The notes under the pieces: generated by a model
What the model was told of the DNA's origin: nothing
The model's input: only the letters and a program-made list of their open reading frames with translations
Databases searched by the model: none
Position numbers and translations under genes: made by a program
In this document: positions 57,021 to 64,000 of the stretch, in pieces
How positions within the stretch are numbered: position 1 is the first letter of the stretch
Layout: every line of letters begins with the position of its first letter
Source: Bacteroidia bacterium
Lineage (GTDB): Bacteria; Bacteroidota; Bacteroidia; M30B66
Length of the DNA stretch: 64,000 nucleotides
Reading direction: 5' to 3'
Assembly (NCBI GenBank): GCA_965279035.1
Contig: OZ257142.1
Coordinates: 2,304,001-2,368,000 of the forward strand

Positions 57021-59543
57021 ATGCGCATTCACTTTTTCGGATTGTTACGATTCATCATTGTGCTATTGATATCAACCGTAACCATTCAATTATCAGCACA
57101 AGTCAGCAATGTAGAATTTAGAGAGAAGAATTTCCCTGGTAGAGAAGCTGATTTTAATAAAGCATACGAAGCCTATAAAAGTGGAGATTATTATTTTCTA
57201 AGAGGTCCGGTTTATTTTCCTCAAGCTTTATCCGATTACTTAATTGCTCAAGATTTCAATCCCAATAATGCTGATTTGAATTATCAAATTGGATTATGCT
57301 ATTTGAGTCTTCAAGTAAATCGCTTAAAAGCCTTACCATATTTAGAACGCGCCAAATCCTTGAATGCTGATTTAGGCGTTGAATTCTTGTATTCTCTTGG
57401 TAATGCCTATCATTATAATCTCGATTTTGATCAAGCTATTCGGGTGTATGAAGGGTACATTCAAGCATTGGGTGCAGGAGCTGATAAATCAAAAGTTGCC
57501 AAAGCCAATAAATCCATACAAGAATGTAAAGCTGGAATTGAATTGGTCAAAAAGCCCGTTAGAGTTCGTATCGATAATCTTGGTCCAAATGTAAATTCAC
57601 CCTTTCCTGATTATGCTCCCGTTATTCCAGAAGATGAATCAAAACTCATCTTTACGTCACGTAGAGAAAATACAACTGGAGGAATGGTCGATGGAATTGA
57701 TTCGCTCTATTACGAAGACATATACATTACCTACAAGATCGATGGTGATTGGGCTCCTTCTAAAAATATTGGTTTACCTATCAATAAAGACGATCACGAT
57801 GCCAGCATCAATTTATCATCCGATGGAAAGAAACTCCTAATCTATCGTCCAAATAATGGTGGCGATATTTATGAATCCGAATTCGATGGTATTAAATGGA
57901 CCGAGCCTCGTGCCATGAAGGAAATCAATACGAAAGGATATGAAAATCATGCTACCTATTCGGCCGATGGGAAATACTTATTCTTCATTTCTTTCAAAAC
58001 CGATTCAAGTGGATATGGAGGGAAAGACATTTACATTGCTGATATCGACGAAAATGGTCGAGCCAAAAACATTCGAAATGCAGGTGGATTAATCAATAGT
58101 TCATATGATGAGGACGGTGTTTACTTTCATCCTGATGGGAAAACACTGTATTTTTCTTCCAAAGGATTGAATTCAATGGGTGGTTTTGATGTATTCAAAT
58201 CTACCTGGGAAAACGGACAGTTTAGCGCTCCCGAAAATGTTGGATACCCAATAAATTCTCCCGAAGACGATGTGTTTTTTGTGCTTTCGAAAGATGGGAA
58301 ACGTGCCTATTTCTCTTCATACCGCGAAGAAGGTTTTGGTGATAAAGACATTTATGTAATGAATTTCTTGGAAGACTCCGAATCATTAAGCTCTCTTCAA
58401 TTTGAAATTCGCGATACGCTAACCAATAACCCCATTCTAGCTCACATTACCATTCGTGATGCTGCAACTGGTAAAATCGTTGCCGAAAGAGAAACTGAAA
58501 ATGGAGAAACTATCGCTAATCTTCCTTCAGGTAAAACATACGAAATCACCGTTTCTTCCGATCGATTTAATACCTATACCGAAGTAATTGAAGTTCCTTT
58601 CGAAGCCGGAAGTCAGGTTGTAATGCGTAAAGTGGATATGAATAAATCTCCACAAGCATTTATTTCAGGAATTCTGCTCGATAAATCCTCTCGAATTCCA
58701 GTGAAAGGCGAAGTTGAATTTCTCGATTTAGCCACCATGGAAATTGTGAAATCAACATTCTCCGATAAAAATGGAGAATACAAAATTGATCTTCCGCCCA
58801 ATCATCAGTATGCGATTCATGTGAAAGCAAGTGGATATTCCATGTTTTCTGATACTCTGAAAATTTCTGCCGCATCGGTTGGTACTGATATTCTGAAATC
58901 ATACGACCTCAAACGCCTCGATCGTTCGTTGATGTCAGTACTTAAAGGAAGAATTTATGATGCTGTTACTGGTGAAAATTTAGTTGCAGAAATCATGTTG
59001 AACGAATATGGTGGGCAACCTGTAATCATGTATTACAAACCAGGAACATACGATTGTGTTGTTTTTAATGGAGCCATTCATACCATGGTGGTAAATCTTG
59101 ATGGTTATATGACTTATACCGCTCAAATTCATATTCCCGATACTCAAGAAAAGCTTGAGATAACGCATGATATTGCACTTGTTAGAGCCGAAAAAGGAGC
59201 TAAAATCGTTCTGAATAATATCTTCTTCGATTTTAATAAATCCACTTTACGTCCTGCTTCATTTAAATCGCTCAATACCTTGCTTAGTACCATGAAGCGC
59301 TATCCTTCCATGGCTATTGAAATATCTGGACATACAGATAATATTGGTACCATGGATTATAATCAGCGATTAAGCGAAAGTCGTTCTTTAGTTGTGAAAG
59401 ATTTCTTAGTTCGAAATGGAATTGCTGCTAAACGAATTGCATCGTATGGAAGGTCATTTCGTCAACCCATTGCCAGCAACGATACTTCCGAAGGACGTCA
59501 GTTAAATCGAAGAACTGAAATCAAAATTCTAAAGATGAAGTAA
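57021..59543 (+). CDS. TPR / PD40 beta-propeller / carboxypeptidase-regulatory / OmpA-C protein (PorE-like)
   Basis: TPR helices, NS...D..P and GG.DIY repeats, NIFFDF, GHTD and NRRTE OmpA-C motifs. Confidence 0.9.
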   Translation: MRIHFFGLLRFIIVLLISTVTIQLSAQVSNVEFREKNFPGREADFNKAYEAYKSGDYYFLRGPVYFPQALSDYLIAQDFNPNNADLNYQIGLCYLSLQVNRLKALPYLERAKSLNADLGVEFLYSLGNAYHYNLDFDQAIRVYEGYIQALGAGADKSKVAKANKSIQECKAGIELVKKPVRVRIDNLGPNVNSPFPDYAPVIPEDESKLIFTSRRENTTGGMVDGIDSLYYEDIYITYKIDGDWAPSKNIGLPINKDDHDASINLSSDGKKLLIYRPNNGGDIYESEFDGIKWTEPRAMKEINTKGYENHATYSADGKYLFFISFKTDSSGYGGKDIYIADIDENGRAKNIRNAGGLINSSYDEDGVYFHPDGKTLYFSSKGLNSMGGFDVFKSTWENGQFSAPENVGYPINSPEDDVFFVLSKDGKRAYFSSYREEGFGDKDIYVMNFLEDSESLSSLQFEIRDTLTNNPILAHITIRDAATGKIVAERETENGETIANLPSGKTYEITVSSDRFNTYTEVIEVPFEAGSQVVMRKVDMNKSPQAFISGILLDKSSRIPVKGEVEFLDLATMEIVKSTFSDKNGEYKIDLPPNHQYAIHVKASGYSMFSDTLKISAASVGTDILKSYDLKRLDRSLMSVLKGRIYDAVTGENLVAEIMLNEYGGQPVIMYYKPGTYDCVVFNGAIHTMVVNLDGYMTYTAQIHIPDTQEKLEITHDIALVRAEKGAKIVLNNIFFDFNKSTLRPASFKSLNTLLSTMKRYPSMAIEISGHTDNIGTMDYNQRLSESRSLVVKDFLVRNGIAAKRIASYGRSFRQPIASNDTSEGRQLNRRTEIKILKMK

Positions 59544-59576
59544 GCCCCGCAAGGATTTCCTATTTTTGCGGCCCTT

Positions 59577-61169
59577 ATGAGTACAATCACAGAAGAAATA
59601 GGCAAGCGCCGAACGTTTGCAATTATATCTCACCCCGATGCCGGGAAGACTACACTGACAGAAAAACTGCTCCTTTTTGGTGGGGCAATTCAAACGGCAG
59701 GTGCTGTTAAATCCAATAAAATCAAGAACACTGCTGCATCCGATTTCATGGAAATAGAGAAGCAACGTGGAATTTCAGTAGCCACTTCGGTGATGAATTT
59801 TAAGTACCGCGATGTGCTCATCAACTTGCTCGATACGCCCGGTCACAAGGATTTTGCAGAAGACACATACAGAACACTCACTGCAGTTGATAGCGTTATT
59901 TTGGTTGTTGATTGTGTGAAAGGGGTAGAGGAACAAACCGAAAAACTCATGGAAGTGTGTCGTATGCGCGATACTCCTGTGATTGTGTTCATCAATAAAA
60001 TGGATCGCGAAGGACAAAATCCCTTTGATCTTCTCGATGAATTAGAATCGAAACTGAACATCAAAGTTCGTCCCTTGAGTTGGCCAATCAGCATTGGTGC
60101 TACATTTAAAGGTGTTTACAATATTTTCGACGGAAGTTTAAATCTCTTCAATGCCAATAAAACCAAGATTGAAGAAGATATTCTCACCATACAAAGCTTA
60201 AACGATCCTTTACTGGAAGAAATAGTTGGGAAAAAAGATGCAGATCAACTTCGTCAAGATATTGAATTGATTGAAGGTGTTTACGATCCATTCGATCCCA
60301 TTCGTTTTCGTGAAGGACATATTGCACCCGTATTCTTTGGTTCGGCAATCAATAATTTTGGTGTGCGCGAATTGCTCGATACCTTTATTCGATTAGCTCC
60401 TGCTCCTCGCAGCCGTGAAGCTGATACACGCACTGTTGCTCCCGAAGAAGCCAAGTTCAGTGGATTTGTTTTTAAAATTCATGCGAACATTGATCCTCGT
60501 CACCGTGATCGGATTGCTTTCCTAAGAGTATGTTCTGGAAAATTTGAGCGGAATAAATTCTTTCATCATGTACGTCTAAACAAAGACTACAAATTCAGCT
60601 CGCCGGCAACATTCATGGCTCAGGAAAAAAACATCATCGAAGAAGCTTGGCCGGGCGATGTGATTGGTTTATACGATACCGGAAATTTCAAAATTGGTGA
60701 TACACTTACCGAAGGTGAAAATTTCCAATTTCGTGGGATTCCAAGTTTCTCACCTGAGATTTTCAAAGAAGTTGTCAATGCTGATCCTTTAAAATCAAAA
60801 CAGCTCGATAAAGGCGTTCAACAATTAACCGAAGAAGGTGTTGCTCAGTTATTTGTGCAGCACAATGGAAATCGTAAAATTATTGGAACCGTTGGTGAGC
60901 TTCAGTTTGAAGTGATTCAATATCGCTTGAAACATGAATACGGTGCTTCTTGTAATTTCCAGCATCTCAATGTGTACAAAGCATGCTGGGTAACGTATGA
61001 CGATAAAGAGGAATTCGAAAAGTTTGCCCGTTTTCGTGGACATCAATTAGCCATGGATAAAGATGGAAATTATGTGTTTCTAGCAGAATCCTCTTGGATG
61101 TTAAATACCATCATACAAGATTTTCCTAAACTACATTTTCACTTTAATTCGGAATTCAAAACGGCTTAG
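59577..61169 (+). CDS. prfC: Peptide chain release factor 3
   Basis: [25 protein letters not shown] and GELQFEV motifs. Confidence 0.97.
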   Translation: MSTITEEIGKRRTFAIISHPDAGKTTLTEKLLLFGGAIQTAGAVKSNKIKNTAASDFMEIEKQRGISVATSVMNFKYRDVLINLLDTPGHKDFAEDTYRTLTAVDSVILVVDCVKGVEEQTEKLMEVCRMRDTPVIVFINKMDREGQNPFDLLDELESKLNIKVRPLSWPISIGATFKGVYNIFDGSLNLFNANKTKIEEDILTIQSLNDPLLEEIVGKKDADQLRQDIELIEGVYDPFDPIRFREGHIAPVFFGSAINNFGVRELLDTFIRLAPAPRSREADTRTVAPEEAKFSGFVFKIHANIDPRHRDRIAFLRVCSGKFERNKFFHHVRLNKDYKFSSPATFMAQEKNIIEEAWPGDVIGLYDTGNFKIGDTLTEGENFQFRGIPSFSPEIFKEVVNADPLKSKQLDKGVQQLTEEGVAQLFVQHNGNRKIIGTVGELQFEVIQYRLKHEYGASCNFQHLNVYKACWVTYDDKEEFEKFARFRGHQLAMDKDGNYVFLAESSWMLNTIIQDFPKLHFHFNSEFKTA

Positions 61170-61237
61170 AATTCTTCGTTGATTTCTTGAATTTAAGTTT
61201 TGTGTTTGGACTGAAATAGAATCAATCGATTGTGACA

Positions 61238-61456
61238 TTATTCGGTTGAAGCCAAAACTTCGACTTTCAATTTCCCAAATTCCACAATCATTCCTGCACG
61301 AATCTTATTTCGTTTGCGGTATTCAAATTCCCCATTCACTTTGATCTCACCATTTTCAATCAATTGATTTGCATGTCCGCCCGATTCGGCCCATTGCATC
61401 AATTTGAGCAGTTTATTTAATTCGATGTATTCTTGACTTAATTCAAATTGCTTCAT
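61238..61456 (-). CDS. S4 RNA-binding domain protein (YbcJ/YaaA-like)
   Basis: YIEL.KLLK...ESGG.A and VNG..E.RKR.KI motifs. Confidence 0.9.
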   Translation of the reverse strand: MKQFELSQEYIELNKLLKLMQWAESGGHANQLIENGEIKVNGEFEYRKRNKIRAGMIVEFGKLKVEVLASTE

Positions 61457-61468
61457 AAGGATAGGTTG

Positions 61469-61506
61469 AAAATAAAAAGGAGGAACATGATGATCAAGTT
61501 CCTCCT
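61469..61506 (-). terminator. Terminator after ndk
   Basis: AGGAGGAAC...GTTCCTCCT stem with a T tract on the minus strand. Confidence 0.75.
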
Positions 61507-61527
61507 GAATTTTATAAATGAAATTGA

Positions 61528-61947
61528 TTAGAAACGCTCGAATTGATTAAAGAAGAAATTTCCTTCAATGATTGCATTTTCATCGCTATCAGATCCATGA
61601 ACGGCATTTGCATCAATAGATTTTGCAAACAAAGCACGAATAGTTCCATGTGCTGCTTTTGATGGATCTGTTGCTCCAATTAATTCTCTGAAATCAGCAA
61701 CAGCATTTTCTTTTTCAAGGATAGCAGCTACGATTGGACCTGATGACATAAAAGCGACCAATTCACCATAAAATCCACGCTCGCTATGTACAGCGTAAAA
61801 TTTACCAGCAACTTCAGGGCTAAGTTGAGTGTATTTCATAGCACGGATTACAAATCCAGCTTCATTGATTTTCTGTAGAATTGCTCCGATGTTGTTGTTT
61901 TGAACCGCATCCGGTTTAAGCATCGTGAATGTTACTGTACCAGCCAT
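61528..61947 (-). CDS. ndk: Nucleoside diphosphate kinase
   Basis: KPDAV, GTIRA and NAVHGSDS motifs. Confidence 0.97.
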   Translation of the reverse strand: MAGTVTFTMLKPDAVQNNNIGAILQKINEAGFVIRAMKYTQLSPEVAGKFYAVHSERGFYGELVAFMSSGPIVAAILEKENAVADFRELIGATDPSKAAHGTIRALFAKSIDANAVHGSDSDENAIIEGNFFFNQFERF

Positions 61948-61988
61948 TTCTTCAATTGTATTTTATGAATTTATGGGCGCAAAAATAG

Positions 61989-62023
61989 AAAAAAGGTGCT
62001 TCCGAAAAACCGGAAACACCTTT
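61989..62023 (-). terminator. Terminator after punA
   Basis: AAAGGTG.TTCCG...CGGAA.CACCTTT hairpin with a T tract on the minus strand. Confidence 0.7.
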
Positions 62024-62049
62024 CATTTCATGATTTCGTAAAATTAGTT

Positions 62050-62865
62050 TTACATCTCTGCAATCAATGCCTTGAATATAGCTGTCATCTTTACTTCCGC
62101 TTTGGATGCAGCTGCAATCACATCTTCGTGAGTAACTTCTACAATGCGTCCTTCAACACCAATGTCAGTAATCACTGAAACGGCAAAACAAGGTAATGAC
62201 ATATGACGTGCAGCAATCACTTCCGGCACGGTCGACATACCAACGGCATCACCACCAATAATCCGCATGTACTTGTATTCGGCAGGAGTTTCGAAGCATG
62301 GACCACTTACACTAACGTAAACACCTTCATGTACTTTATATCCTAAATTACCTGCGATTGTATGAGCTTTCGCGATTATTTTCTTGTCGTATGGTTCACT
62401 CATGTCTGGAAAGCGCGGACCAAGTTCTTTCACATTTTTTCCCATCAGGGGATTATTAGGTAAAAGATTAATATGATCATTCAAAATCATCACATCACCA
62501 ATTTCAAAAGCAGGATTAACACCTCCACTTGCATTACTTAATAAAAGTGTCGAAATACCTAGATACTTCATTACTCGAACTGGAAAAACTACCTGTTGCA
62601 TCGAATAGCCTTCGTAATAATGAAAGCGACCTTGCATGACAATTACTGGACGAGAAGAAATATATCCAAAGATTAATTTTCCGCTATGTCCTTCAACTGT
62701 AGAAACAGGGAAGTGTGGGATTTCCTCGTAAGAAAGAGTGAAACGAATATCTATTTCAGATACCAAACCTCCTAAACCGGTTCCTAAAATGATTCCACAT
62801 ACGGGTTGAAAATCATTGGTCTTTTCTCGGATATACCGGACTGTTTCATGAATTTGTTCTAACAT
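62050..62865 (-). CDS. punA: Purine-nucleoside phosphorylase (trimeric type)
   Basis: ILGTGLG, GRFHYYEG, GP.FETPAE and VGMSTVPE motifs. Confidence 0.94.
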   Translation of the reverse strand: MLEQIHETVRYIREKTNDFQPVCGIILGTGLGGLVSEIDIRFTLSYEEIPHFPVSTVEGHSGKLIFGYISSRPVIVMQGRFHYYEGYSMQQVVFPVRVMKYLGISTLLLSNASGGVNPAFEIGDVMILNDHINLLPNNPLMGKNVKELGPRFPDMSEPYDKKIIAKAHTIAGNLGYKVHEGVYVSVSGPCFETPAEYKYMRIIGGDAVGMSTVPEVIAARHMSLPCFAVSVITDIGVEGRIVEVTHEDVIAAASKAEVKMTAIFKALIAEM

Positions 62866-63871
62866 AATCTAAAATAAGTGCGTTGAATTGTTCTTTATTT
62901 TCGAATTCAGTTTCTACTGGAATTTCTAACCACTTGCGTTTTTCATCTTCTTCAAGAAGTGGTTCAATGCGACCCCGATCTTTACTTGTTGTGATAAACA
63001 ACGGACTGATTGGGGCAAACATAAGTATATTTTTTTGCATCAAATCCAGATCAAGCCGTTTGAAATTATAATGGTCAGGAAACTTTTGATGATGGATTAT
63101 TGTTGCAATTTCTGATAAATCCTTTTTCAATTTTGCAGGCTTAGCAATACCTGTTACTAGGTACAAAGAACATTTATTTATTTCCTCCAATGAAAGTTCT
63201 TCTCCTGAAAATCGTTTGATTTTACCATACTTCAAGCGACTAAAATAAACGGAGATTCCGTTGAATAGTGTTTCTGAAATATGCCGTTTGACTTTCATGT
63301 CAAACACATCAGGGCATTTGGTTATAACGACAACATTTGCCTTTTTTCTTCTCATCCATAGATCACGTTCATCGCCAGCAGGCAATAAAAAATGGGGTTT
63401 TACAATTGAATCGTAATCAAATAAGAGAATGGAGAAGCCTGGATTGAGTCTTCTATGTTGGAATGCATCATCAAGAAGAATTACTCCTGGGTCATTCTCT
63501 TTTAAAATCTGATTTATTCCTTCCACCCGATCTTCGCATACTGCAACAAGAGTATATCTTAGTGCTTTTTTAAATAGAAGTGGTTCATCACCCGAATCAC
63601 TAACTTGATCATCTATTTGCACCCATTTAAAACCTTTGGTATTTCGCCCATATCCGCGACTAAGTAGGGCAGGAGAGTAGTTTCTTAATAATTGAGCTAA
63701 ATAAATTGTTAGTGGTGTTTTTCCTGTTCCCCCAGTACTTAAATTTCCAACAACTAGAACAGGTTTGTTAAATTTAACTGAATGCAAAATTCCTATATCA
63801 TAGGCCCAATGACGAATCATTAAAATGAAACCGTAAATCCATGAAAAAGGAAGAAGTAGCAATCTCCACAT
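62846..63871 (-). CDS. lpxK: Tetraacyldisaccharide 4'-kinase
   Basis: VGNL..GGTGKTP, LSRGYGR, GDEP, DDAFQH and FPDH motifs. Confidence 0.96.
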   Translation of the reverse strand: MWRLLLLPFSWIYGFILMIRHWAYDIGILHSVKFNKPVLVVGNLSTGGTGKTPLTIYLAQLLRNYSPALLSRGYGRNTKGFKWVQIDDQVSDSGDEPLLFKKALRYTLVAVCEDRVEGINQILKENDPGVILLDDAFQHRRLNPGFSILLFDYDSIVKPHFLLPAGDERDLWMRRKKANVVVITKCPDVFDMKVKRHISETLFNGISVYFSRLKYGKIKRFSGEELSLEEINKCSLYLVTGIAKPAKLKKDLSEIATIIHHQKFPDHYNFKRLDLDLMQKNILMFAPISPLFITTSKDRGRIEPLLEEDEKRKWLEIPVETEFENKEQFNALILDYVRTNS

Positions 63872-63916
63872 GCCGCCGAAAGTACAAAATCCTACATTTG
63901 AACCCTTTTATATACA

Positions 63917-64000
63917 ATGAAGATTCAACAAATAATTCAGCTACTCGAAGAATGGGCGCCCAAAGCGCTTCAAGAATCCTACGATAATGCTGGTTTAATA
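63917..64000 (+). CDS. Nif3/YbgI-like dinuclear metal protein (3' end truncated by window edge)
   Basis: Translates as MKIQQIIQLLEEWAPKALQESYDNAGLI, the typical N-terminus of this family. Confidence 0.85.
   Translation, partial: MKIQQIIQLLEEWAPKALQESYDNAGLI

Noticed and set aside
1-64000. Many 60-150 aa ORFs nested in or antisense to called genes; rRNA, tRNA, CRISPR, prophage and defence genes
   Set aside because: The nested ORFs lack motifs and overlap well-supported genes. I saw no signature of the other feature classes.

Overview
AT-rich chromosomal window from a member of the phylum Bacteroidota, judged from TAnnTTTG promoter boxes, T9SS C-terminal domains and signal peptides followed by Gln. 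It is mostly housekeeping genes (lpxB, lysC, pyrC, ltaE, pdhB, hppA, fabG, prfC, ndk, punA, lpxK) and envelope proteins. It also holds: (1) a complete clade II N2O-reductase cluster (cytochrome c, nosZ, nosB-L fusion, nosD, nosF, nosY, then cupin and group III truncated hemoglobin), separated from its fasciclin and Crp/Fnr genes by a divergent tryptophanase, with TGAY-N4-RTCA boxes that also occur upstream of a usp gene; (2) an NtrC-type two-component system divergent from a MacAB-type ABC exporter, with a readable palindromic enhancer and a -24/-12 promoter; (3) an intact-looking IS3-family element (24-bp IRs, GAT duplication, A9 slippery run) inserted into facing arrays of 7-nt repeats and carrying a 14-nt copy of its own flank; (4) two copies of a GC-rich ~95-115 nt structured intergenic element with compensatory base changes; (5) a candidate nucleoid protein with an N-terminal helix, four AT-hooks and an H1-like tail; (6) a membrane pyrophosphatase with a 14-Cys tail. 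I saw no rRNA, tRNA, CRISPR array or prophage. All calls come from motif recognition by eye; no database searches were run.
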